Positions 1 through 7,511 of a stretch of 17,836 nt of DNA are shown here, piece after piece; the stretch's first letter is position 1; each line of letters opens with the position of its first letter. This stretch comes from Candidatus Eiseniibacteriota bacterium (GTDB lineage: Bacteria > ARS69). Location of the stretch: assembly GCA_052390515.1 (NCBI GenBank), contig JBQTGV010000209.1, positions 1 to 17,836 of the forward strand, read 5' to 3'. The position numbers were made by a program, and so were the translations under genes. The notes under the pieces were generated by a model, which had not been told where the DNA came from, ran no database searches, and was given only the letters and a program-made list of their open reading frames with translations.

Positions 1-153
1 TGGGTGGGGAACCGCGCCGTGATCCTGGCCGACGTCGGTGAGCGCTGCGTGATCGGCGCGGGCTCGGTGGTGACGAAGCCGCTCGCGCCGCGCTCCATCG
101 CGGTGGGATCGCCGGCGCGCGTCGTCGGCACCCGCGGCGGGCCGGCGTCGTGA
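1..153 (+). CDS. Hexapeptide-repeat (left-handed beta-helix) acyl/acetyltransferase, 3' fragment
   Basis: Manual translation of frame 1: WVGNRAVILADVGERCVIGAGSVVTKPLAPRSIAVGSPARVVGTRGGPAS*. IGAGSVVTK...GSPARV is the typical C-terminus of this family. The TGA at 151-153 overlaps the next GTG (GTGA). Confidence 0.85.
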   Translation, partial: WVGNRAVILADVGERCVIGAGSVVTKPLAPRSIAVGSPARVVGTRGGPAS

Positions 154-1196
154 GCGAGGGCGCGGTCGTCGTCGAGGACTTCGCCCCGGGCGGTGAGGAG
201 GAGTGGGACGCGTTCGGCGCCGGGCACCCCGAGCACTCGCACTACCATCGTGCCGGTTGGGCCTCGGTGATCCGAGCCGCGTTCGGCCGGCGGACGCCGT
301 ACCGGCTGGCGCGCGCCGGCGGCCGCGTGGAGGGGGTCCTGCCGCTCGTGGCGTTCGCCCATCCGCTCTTCGGCCGCTACCTCGTTTCCGTTCCGTTCCT
401 GAACCGCGGTGGGATCCTGTGCACGACCGAGCGCGCGAAGATCGCGCTGCTCGCCGAGGCACGAAGCTTGATGGCGCGGACGCGGTCCTCGTTCTGCGAG
501 CTGCGCCACGTGCGTGGGATCGACCCGAGCCTGCCCGCGCGCGAGACGAAGGTCTCGATGGCGCTGGACGTGCGCTCAGGTCGGGACGCGCTGTGGAAGT
601 CGGTGGGGTCGAAGGTCCGCAACCTGGTACGCAAGGCGGAACGGGCCGGGCTCACCGTGCGGGAGGGACGCCCGGAGTCGGACCTGGACGCGTTCTACGC
701 GGTCTTCGCCGCCAACATGCGCGACCTGGGCACGCCGGTGTACACGCCGCGTTTCTTCCGGGAGTGCTTCCGCGTCTTCCCGCGGGATCTTCGCCTCAAC
801 GTCGTGGAGCGGGACGGACGGATCGCGGCGGCGGGCATCTGCGTCCGCGAAGGCGCGTTCACCGAGATGCACTGGGCGGCCTCGGATCGGCGGGAGCTCG
901 CCCACGCGCCGAACATGCTGCTCTACTGGGACGCGATCGCCCACGCGGCGGATCAAGGCGTGGCGGAGTTCTGCTTCGGCCGATCCACGGTGGATTCGGG
1001 CCCCTACCGGTTCAAGCGGCAGTGGGGGGCTGCGCCCACGTCGCTCCGCTGGGAGTATCTCCTCGCGCCCGGCGAGCAGCTCCCCTCGCTGAATCCGGAC
1101 AGCCCGAAGTTCCGCCTCGCGACGCGCGTCTGGCGCCGCCTGCCCTTGTCCGTGACGCTCCGCCTCGGGCCGCCGATCGTCCGACATCTTCCCTGA
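150..1196 (+). CDS. FemAB-related (GNAT-fold) protein, PEP-CTERM/exosortase system-associated (TIGR03019-like)
   Basis: Motifs GVLPLV...LFGRYLVSVPFLNRGG, KVRNLVRKA, NMRDLGTPV, PNMLLYW, FGRSTVDSG.YRFKRQWG, LNPDSPKF; located in an exosortase cluster. Confidence 0.88.
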   Translation: MSEGAVVVEDFAPGGEEEWDAFGAGHPEHSHYHRAGWASVIRAAFGRRTPYRLARAGGRVEGVLPLVAFAHPLFGRYLVSVPFLNRGGILCTTERAKIALLAEARSLMARTRSSFCELRHVRGIDPSLPARETKVSMALDVRSGRDALWKSVGSKVRNLVRKAERAGLTVREGRPESDLDAFYAVFAANMRDLGTPVYTPRFFRECFRVFPRDLRLNVVERDGRIAAAGICVREGAFTEMHWAASDRRELAHAPNMLLYWDAIAHAADQGVAEFCFGRSTVDSGPYRFKRQWGAAPTSLRWEYLLAPGEQLPSLNPDSPKFRLATRVWRRLPLSVTLRLGPPIVRHLP

Positions 1197-1199
1197 GGA

Positions 1200-2159
1200 T
1201 CAGGAAGACGTGCTCCCGCCGGGCTTCGGGCGATGGTCCGGCTCCGCGAAGGGCTCCATCCCGAGGAAGCGGATCCGGAACGCGTCGATCGTATTGAGCC
1301 GGACCCTGTGGGTGAACTGGCCGACGGCGTCGTGCGCCGTCCAGGCCAGCCGGCGCGCGGGATCCACCGCTGCGTCCGGGTGCACGACCTCGTAGCCGAG
1401 CCGCGCGAGAGAGCTGCCTGCCACCGCTTCGAACGTGCGTACCTGCGCGGGACGGAGGTGCGTCTTCCACTTGCGGCTGTTGTCCCCGGCCACGCGCTTC
1501 AGCACCGCTTCCAGCCGCGCCGGCACGAACGGCTGTCCGAGAAAGCGGTGCAGGGCTTCGGCCTGCCGCTGCGGATCCTCGAGCAGCGTCTCGTAGCGCA
1601 CGTCGAGGAGGCGGCCCGAGGCACGCACGCGGGTGAGCACCTCGCTTTCGGCCGTACACCGGTTCCATAGCAGCGCGCAGGCGTACACGTTGCGCGGTCC
1701 CCACTTCCGCCCGAGAAGAGAGAGGGCGACGTCGCGTCCGTCCCGGAACACGTGCAGGTAGAGCGCGTTCGGGAAGAGCCGGTCGATGACGTCCAGCTCG
1801 AGGACGTAGTGGGGCGTCTTGTCGCCCCAGCCGGTGCGCCCGTGCCGCAGTACCCGCGCCAGGCAGATGCGGTCCACCAGCTCGGGGTAGGACGCGGTCT
1901 CCGGCGGCTCGACGAACGCATCCGGGTCGAGGGCCAACTTCCACTGCATCACCGGCCGTTCCTTGAGGATGTCCCTGAGCAGCCGCACGCGCGCCTCGCG
2001 GCGAGACAGATCCCCGTAGCGGGGAAGGAGCCGCGCGTACCTGGTGATGAAGTGCGACTCGACCGGAGGACCCCAGGCGGTCTCGCGGATCAGGCTGCCG
2101 ACCAGCGTCGTGCCGGAACGCGGACAGCCGATGACGAAGAGCGGGGGAGTCGGGCTCAC
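1200..2159 (-). CDS. PAPS-dependent sulfotransferase (Sulfotransfer_3-like)
   Basis: 5'-PSB loop FVIGCPRSGTT, WGDKTP, 3'-PB motif RDGRDVALS, VRYETLLEDP. GTG start preceded by AAGGAGG on the minus strand (2170-2176). Confidence 0.88.
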   Translation of the reverse strand: MSPTPPLFVIGCPRSGTTLVGSLIRETAWGPPVESHFITRYARLLPRYGDLSRREARVRLLRDILKERPVMQWKLALDPDAFVEPPETASYPELVDRICLARVLRHGRTGWGDKTPHYVLELDVIDRLFPNALYLHVFRDGRDVALSLLGRKWGPRNVYACALLWNRCTAESEVLTRVRASGRLLDVRYETLLEDPQRQAEALHRFLGQPFVPARLEAVLKRVAGDNSRKWKTHLRPAQVRTFEAVAGSSLARLGYEVVHPDAAVDPARRLAWTAHDAVGQFTHRVRLNTIDAFRIRFLGMEPFAEPDHRPKPGGSTSS

Positions 2160-2333
2160 GCGGCGGGATCCTCCTTCGGCACCTTACCATCGGGTCGTGC
2201 CTCCGAGAAGTCCACCGCGGCCGGCGCGTTCCACGACGCGCGGGATGCGTTGCGAAACGCGGGCGCCTTGCGTTCCGCCCGGCGTGCCGTGCACGCCGGC
2301 ACGGTGTCCTTGCGCATTCTTGCCGGTGTTGCA

Positions 2334-2349
2334 TGGCACGGAACGTGCA
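2334..2349 (+). promoter_or_regulatory. Sigma54 (RpoN) -24/-12 promoter
   Basis: TGGCACGGAACGTGCA vs consensus TGGCACG-N4-TTGCW: GG and GC exactly 10 nt apart, one mismatch; about 50 nt upstream of the GTG at 2400. Confidence 0.75.
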
Positions 2350-2399
2350 GCCCATGCCTTGCGACGAGAAACGTCCTCGATCACCGCCGGGAGAGCATC

Positions 2400-3848
2400 G
2401 TGAAGAGGATCCTGATCGTCGACCCCGACACGCAGTATCGGGGCCGCGCTCGCGGAGTGCTGGAGGCGCTGGACTACGAAGTCGTGGCGCTGGCCAGTGC
2501 GGAAGACGCGCTGCTGGCGATGGGGGAGGGTGCGCCCTCCCTGGTCATCGCCGGCTGCGACGAGCCGCGCGATCCCGAAATGGAGCTGGTGAGGATGGCG
2601 CGGCGGGCGGTACGCCCGGTGCCCGTGCTCGTCCTGGCGCGCAACGGGAGCACGCGCGGCGCGATCGACTTCATGGACGCGGGCGCCTACGACTACGTCG
2701 TCAAGCCCGGGGATCCGAGCGAGCTGCTCGAAGTGGTGCGCGAGATCCTGCGCCTCTCCGGCGAGTTCGTGAACCCGGTGGAAGTGGCCGAGGCACCGGA
2801 CAAAGGCGGCGACGAGCGCGGCGAGATCATCGGGCGCAGCCCGGAGATGATCGAGATCTTCAAGCTGATCGGCCGGATCGCGAAGTCCGACGCTGCCGTC
2901 CTCGTCCAGGGCGAGAGCGGCACCGGCAAGGAGCTCGTCGCCCGCGTGATCCACGAGAACAGCCGGCGCGCCGAAAAGCCCTTCCTGGCCGTGAACTGCG
3001 CGGCCATCCCGGAGACGCTGCTGGAGAGCGAGCTCTTCGGGCACGAGAAGGGCGCCTTCACCGGATCGGCCGGACCGCGGAAGGGCAAGTTCGAGCTCTC
3101 CCACGGCGGCACCATCTTCCTCGACGAGGTCGGGGACATGAGCCTGGCCACGCAGGCGAAGATCCTGCGCGTGCTGCAGGAGCACACCTTCGAGCGCGTC
3201 GGCGGCGAGCAGACCCTCACTGCGGACACGCGGATCATCACCGCCACGAACAAGAGTCTGGTCGACGCGATCGAGCGGAGCGAGTTCCGGGTCGACCTCT
3301 TCTATCGCCTGAAGGTGGTGTCCATCTTCCTTCCGGCGTTGCGCAAGCGGCCCGGGGACGTACCGCTGCTGATCGACCACTTCATCCAGAAGCATCGCAA
3401 ACAGTCCAAGCTCTCCATCCACGGGATCTCCCAGCGCGCGCAGGCCTTCCTCGAGGCGCAGCCCTGGCCGGGGAACGTCCGCGAGCTGGAGAACGCCATC
3501 CAGACCGCGGTCGTGCTCAATCGGACCGGGCTCCTGGAGGTGGAGGACTTCCCGTTCCTGCGGCAGGGAGGGGAGAAGGACGGCGTGGCCGAGACGGTCA
3601 CCGACGTGCTCGATCGCCTCAAGTGCCAAGCGCGGCACGCGGCGCGCATCCTGCTCGCGTCGGAGGACGCCGCCGGAGGGGGCGAGGTCTACCACCGCTG
3701 CGTCGGCGAAGTGGAGCGCTCCGTCGTGGAAGCGGCGCTCGACCTGCATCGCGGGAACCAGGTGCGCGCGAGCCGGGCGCTCGGAATCAGCCGGAACACG
3801 TTGCGTAGCAAGATCGCTCCGGTTGACCGGGAAGAGAAGCGCCCCTAG
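2400..3848 (+). CDS. Sigma54-dependent transcriptional activator (atypical REC - AAA+ - Fis-type HTH)
   Basis: Walker A GESGTGKE, ESELFGHEKGAFTGS, Walker B IFLDEVG, DLFYRL, WPGNVRELEN, HTH GNQVRASRALGISRNTLRSK. Start placed at GTG 2400 (MKRILIVD), not the ORF-track start at 1752, which overlaps the sulfotransferase. Confidence 0.92.
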   Translation: MKRILIVDPDTQYRGRARGVLEALDYEVVALASAEDALLAMGEGAPSLVIAGCDEPRDPEMELVRMARRAVRPVPVLVLARNGSTRGAIDFMDAGAYDYVVKPGDPSELLEVVREILRLSGEFVNPVEVAEAPDKGGDERGEIIGRSPEMIEIFKLIGRIAKSDAAVLVQGESGTGKELVARVIHENSRRAEKPFLAVNCAAIPETLLESELFGHEKGAFTGSAGPRKGKFELSHGGTIFLDEVGDMSLATQAKILRVLQEHTFERVGGEQTLTADTRIITATNKSLVDAIERSEFRVDLFYRLKVVSIFLPALRKRPGDVPLLIDHFIQKHRKQSKLSIHGISQRAQAFLEAQPWPGNVRELENAIQTAVVLNRTGLLEVEDFPFLRQGGEKDGVAETVTDVLDRLKCQARHAARILLASEDAAGGGEVYHRCVGEVERSVVEAALDLHRGNQVRASRALGISRNTLRSKIAPVDREEKRP

Positions 3849-3870
3849 ACTCCGCGACCCGGAGCGGGCC

Positions 3871-5085
3871 ATGAACATCCTCTTCCTGTCGCAGCGCGTT
3901 CCGGAGCCTCCCAACAAGGGCGACAAGATCCGCTCGCACCACTTCGCGCGGCGTCTGGCCGCGCGGCACGCCGTGCACCTGGCATGCCTCGCGGACGACC
4001 CCGCGGAGGAGGCGCACGTGGACGCGGCGAAGCGGTGGGCCGCCTCCGTCACCTGGCGGCAGCGCTGCGGCGCGGAGAGCGCGTGGCGCGCGGGCGTATC
4101 CGCGCTGACCGGGCGGCCGTTGACCGCGGGCTTCTTCCGCTCCGGCGGGCTCTCCGAGGCGGTCCGCCGCGCGCGGCAGCGGGAGCGGTTCGACGTGCTG
4201 GTGGCGTACTGCTCGGGGATGGCCGGGTACGTGGAAGGCTCGTCCGAGGCGAAAGTCCTCGATCTCGTCGACGTGGACTCCGAGAAGTGGAAGGAGTACG
4301 CACGGCGCGCGGCCCTTCCGGCCAGGGCCCTCTACGGCCTGGAGCACCGGCTGCTTCGTGGCTACGAGAAGCGTCTCGTGCGCGAGTTCGACCGGGCCGT
4401 GCTCATCTCCGTCGAGGAGCGGGACATGCTTGCTCGCTTCGCCGACGTGCGGCGCGTGGCGGTCGTCTCCAATGGAGTGGACGCGGAGTGGCTCGCGCGC
4501 CCGCGACCGCGGCCACGGGGTACCGTGCTGAGCTTCATCGGCGCGCTCGACTACTTCGCGAACGTGGACGGCATCGTCTGGTTCGCCCGGGAGGTCTTTC
4601 CCGAGGTGCGCCGCCGCGTGCCCGGGGCCACGCTGCGCGTCGTGGGCCGACGGCCCGTGCCGGCGGTGCGGGGGCTGTCGGACGGGGAGGGCGTCGAGGT
4701 CGTGGGAGAGGTCGCCGACATGAGGCCGGAGCTGTGGAGCGCGACGCTGGCCGTCGCCCCACTGCGGATCGCGCCGGGCATCCAGAACAAAGTGCTGGAG
4801 GCGATGGCCGCGGGAACGCCCGTCGTCGCGACGCGGGCCGCGCTGCGCAGCCTGGTCGGGCGGCCCGGCGAGCACTACCTGGCGGCCGACGGGGCGGAGG
4901 AGTTCGCGGCCGCGGTCTCGCGGCTCGTCGAGCGGCCGGACGAGGCTGATGCGATGGCCGCGCGCGCGCTCGCCCTGGTGCGCGATCGGTACTCGTGGGA
5001 CCAGCGTGCGCGGGAGTACGAGACCGTGCTGGAGGAGGCCGTCGCCGAACGGCGAAGCGTCGAAGCGCGCGGAGGAACGGTGTGA
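3871..5085 (+). CDS. GT4-family glycosyltransferase, PEP-CTERM/exosortase system-associated (TIGR03087-like)
   Basis: N-terminal LFLSQRVPEPPNKGDKIRS, DLVDVDSEKW, FIGALDYFANVDG, VAPLRIAPGIQNKVLEAMAAG. ATG 3871 follows GGAG. Confidence 0.9.
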   Translation: MNILFLSQRVPEPPNKGDKIRSHHFARRLAARHAVHLACLADDPAEEAHVDAAKRWAASVTWRQRCGAESAWRAGVSALTGRPLTAGFFRSGGLSEAVRRARQRERFDVLVAYCSGMAGYVEGSSEAKVLDLVDVDSEKWKEYARRAALPARALYGLEHRLLRGYEKRLVREFDRAVLISVEERDMLARFADVRRVAVVSNGVDAEWLARPRPRPRGTVLSFIGALDYFANVDGIVWFAREVFPEVRRRVPGATLRVVGRRPVPAVRGLSDGEGVEVVGEVADMRPELWSATLAVAPLRIAPGIQNKVLEAMAAGTPVVATRAALRSLVGRPGEHYLAADGAEEFAAAVSRLVERPDEADAMAARALALVRDRYSWDQRAREYETVLEEAVAERRSVEARGGTV

Positions 5086-5948
5086 AGAACGCGCTCACCG
5101 TGGACGTCGAAGACTGGTTCCAGGTCTCGAACTTCGACGGCGTGGTCCGCCGGGACGAGTGGGACAGCTTCCCCTCGCGCGTGGAAGCGAACACGCGACG
5201 TCTCCTGGACCTGTTCGCGCGGCACGGCGTCCGTGGCACGTTCTTCGTGCTCGGGTGGGTGGCGGAGCGCTTTCCCGATCTGGTCGCCGAGATCCGCCGT
5301 CTCGGGCACGACGTGGAGAGCCATTCGCACGGGCACGAGCTGGCCTACCGGCTCGGCGCGCAGCGCTTCGGGGAGGACCTTCGCCGCTCCCTGGACGCGC
5401 TCGAGAAGGCGACCGGAGTACGCCCGCGCGGGTTCCGCGCGCCGAGCTTCAGCATCGACCGCAGGAGTCTGTGGGCCTTCGACGTGCTCGCCGAGCACGG
5501 GATCGAGTACGACTCGAGCGTGTTCCCGGTGCGCCACCCCCGGTACGGGATGCCCGCGTTCTCTCGCGTGCCGAGACGGATTCGCACCGCGTCGGGCCGC
5601 ACCATCCGCGAATTTCCGCTCACCACGCTGCGCGTGCTGGGTCGAAACCTGGGGGCGTCGGGCGGCGCGTACCTGCGCATCCTGCCGATCGACGTGATGG
5701 TGCGCGCGTTCCGGCAGATGAACGCGGCCGGGCAGCCCGCCGTGCTCTACGTGCATCCGTGGGAGCTGGATCCGGGGCAACCTCGGCTCGGCGTTCGCGG
5801 CTGGGGACGCATCACGCACTACGCGAATCTCGCCTCGACGGAGCGACGGCTGGAGCGGCTGCTCCGGGCGTTCACCTTCGCTCCGATGGCGGACGTGCTG
5901 GAGTCCGCGCCCGGGATGGCGCAGGAGCCTGTCGAGGTCGGCGCGTGA
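5082..5948 (+). CDS. Polysaccharide deacetylase, PEP-CTERM locus subfamily (TIGR03006-like, DUF3473 C-terminus)
   Basis: NALTVDVEDWFQV, TFFVLGWVAE, HxxxH (HSHGH), GFRAPSFSI, YDSSVFP, YVHPWELDPGQPR. GTGA overlap with the upstream gene and GGAGG RBS. Confidence 0.9.
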   Translation: MKNALTVDVEDWFQVSNFDGVVRRDEWDSFPSRVEANTRRLLDLFARHGVRGTFFVLGWVAERFPDLVAEIRRLGHDVESHSHGHELAYRLGAQRFGEDLRRSLDALEKATGVRPRGFRAPSFSIDRRSLWAFDVLAEHGIEYDSSVFPVRHPRYGMPAFSRVPRRIRTASGRTIREFPLTTLRVLGRNLGASGGAYLRILPIDVMVRAFRQMNAAGQPAVLYVHPWELDPGQPRLGVRGWGRITHYANLASTERRLERLLRAFTFAPMADVLESAPGMAQEPVEVGA

Positions 5949-6826
5949 GCGCGGCGCGCGCGCTCCGCGGAACGGCACCCGACCTCGCGCTCCTGGGAGC
6001 GGGGCTCGTGCTGGTGTACGCGCCGCTCGCCCCGGAGCTGGTGCGCGACTGGTGGAGCTCCGGAGACTTTTCGCACGGCTTCTTCGTTCCGCTCGTCTCC
6101 GGGTGGATCGTGTGGACGCGTCGCGAGAGGATCGGCGCCGCGCCGATCCGGCCGTTCCCGCCCGGGCTCGCGCTACTCGTCCTCGCCGCCGCGCAGTACC
6201 TGCTCGGCGTGGCCGCCGCGGAGTTCTACCTGCAGCGGACCTCGGCGGTGCTGTTCCTCGGAGGCGGCGTGCTGTTCCTGTTCGGACCGCGCGTCGCCGC
6301 GGAGTGCGCGTTCGCCATCGTCTTCCTGCTCTTCGCCATTCCGCCGCCGAACCTGGTGATGAACTGGATCGCGTTCCCGCTCCAGCTGCAGGCCTCCCGA
6401 TTCACCGAGCTGATCCTGGATGTCGCCGGGATCGAGGCGGTGCGCAGCGGCAACGTGATCCATCTCGAGCACGTCTCGTTGGAAGTGGCCAGGGCGTGCA
6501 GCGGCCTGAGATCGCTGGTGACCCTCTCCGCTCTCGGCGCGATCGTCGCCGAGGGCAGCCTCCTGCCTTCGCGGGGCGGGCCGCGTGGCACCGCGCTGCG
6601 CGTTCTGGTGTTCCTCGGCGTGTTCCCGGTGGCGGTGGCGGTGAACTCGGTGCGCGTCGCCGCGACGGCGGTGTTCGCCGCGAACGGGGGCGTGGTGCTG
6701 GCCTCGGGGTGGGCTCACGAACTGGTCGGGCTGCTCATGTTCCTCGTTTCCATGGGCCTGCTCCTCGCCTGGAGGTCGATGCTGCGATGGATGGAATCGT
6801 GGCGCGCGTCGCCGCCGCGCTCCTGA
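5945..6826 (+). CDS. Exosortase (EpsH family transpeptidase)
   Basis: Multi-pass hydrophobic protein with DFSHGFFVP, FPLQ, GNVI, catalytic Cys in VARACSGLRS, Arg in VNSVRV, His in WAHELVG. GTGA overlap with the deacetylase. Confidence 0.92.
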   Translation: MSAARALRGTAPDLALLGAGLVLVYAPLAPELVRDWWSSGDFSHGFFVPLVSGWIVWTRRERIGAAPIRPFPPGLALLVLAAAQYLLGVAAAEFYLQRTSAVLFLGGGVLFLFGPRVAAECAFAIVFLLFAIPPPNLVMNWIAFPLQLQASRFTELILDVAGIEAVRSGNVIHLEHVSLEVARACSGLRSLVTLSALGAIVAEGSLLPSRGGPRGTALRVLVFLGVFPVAVAVNSVRVAATAVFAANGGVVLASGWAHELVGLLMFLVSMGLLLAWRSMLRWMESWRASPPRS

Positions 6827-7461
6827 TCGGGGCGATGCTGCTCGGCGGCCGGACGATCCGCGAGGGCGCCCGGCAGCCGGCGGAGTCCGTGCGTCTGGAG
6901 CTCGTCCCGCAGCAGCTCGGCGCGTGGGAGGGCACCGACCTCGAGGTCGGCGCCGACGTCCTGGAGCTGCTGGACCCGGACGGCTTCCTGCTCCGCGAGT
7001 ACCGGCAGGCCGGGGAGCTTCCTCTGCAGCTCTACGTGGACTACCACCGCGTGCAGCGTCTCGGCTCGACGATCCACTCGCCGCGGATCTGCTACCCGGG
7101 CGCGGGCTGGCAGCCCGTCGGCGTGGAGCTGGGCGAGATCACGGTGGACGGAGGAACGCGGCCGGCGTGCTGGCTTCGCCTGCGGTCCGGCGAGCGCGAG
7201 ATGCTCGTGCTGTACTGGTACGAGTCGCGTTGGGGACGCTCCGCGCGGGAGCTGGATCTCAAGAGGAACATCGTGCGCTCCGCGCTGATGCGGCGCCCGG
7301 CCGACGCGGCCCTGCTGCGCTTCGCGACGCCTCTCCTGGGAGGCGACGAAGGCGCGGCGCGGGAGCGCATCGTGCGCTTCGTGCGGGCCGCGGAGCCATC
7401 GGTGCGTCACGAGCTGCCGTTCGACCGAGAGGCGGACGGCGGCGTCCTGGAAACCGATTGA
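6787..7461 (+). CDS. epsI: EpsI family exosortase-associated protein
   Basis: N-terminal hydrophobic anchor, VPQQLGAWEG, LYVDYH, IHSPRICYPGAGW, LVLYWY. ATG 6787 follows GGAGG (6771-6775) and overlaps the exosortase 3' end by 40 nt. Confidence 0.85.
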   Translation: MDGIVARVAAALLIGAMLLGGRTIREGARQPAESVRLELVPQQLGAWEGTDLEVGADVLELLDPDGFLLREYRQAGELPLQLYVDYHRVQRLGSTIHSPRICYPGAGWQPVGVELGEITVDGGTRPACWLRLRSGEREMLVLYWYESRWGRSARELDLKRNIVRSALMRRPADAALLRFATPLLGGDEGAARERIVRFVRAAEPSVRHELPFDREADGGVLETD

Positions 7462-7511
7462 CAGTCCCCGGAGGCACTCGGATCATGCCTCCGCTTTGTC
7501 GGAGAGGAACG

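Noticed and set aside
2240-2275. GAAA-containing stems (here and near 16885-16900) considered as GEMM-I c-di-GMP/cGAMP riboswitches because of the Hypr candidate
   Set aside because: The conserved GGCAAA and CGCAAAG elements and second hairpin are not present by eye. An Infernal search with the c-di-GMP-I model would be decisive.
2297-2314. Second sigma54-like site CGGCACGGTGTCCTTGCG
   Set aside because: GG and GC are 12 nt apart instead of the required 10.
1752-2399. Long N-terminal extension of the first sigma54 activator in the ORF track (also extensions at 4949, 4995, 6052, 6924, 8365, 11719, 13518)
   Set aside because: They overlap neighbouring real genes and lack domain character. Better starts with RBS or GTGA coupling sit at the domain boundaries.
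2184-4052. Long antisense or alternate-frame ORFs (e.g. 2184-4052 -, 7407-8951 -, 12112-13671 -, 14841-16775 +, 15250-16752 -, 16587-17792 -)
   Set aside because: Shadow ORFs expected from high-GC codon bias; no recognisable motifs, and they overlap well-supported genes.
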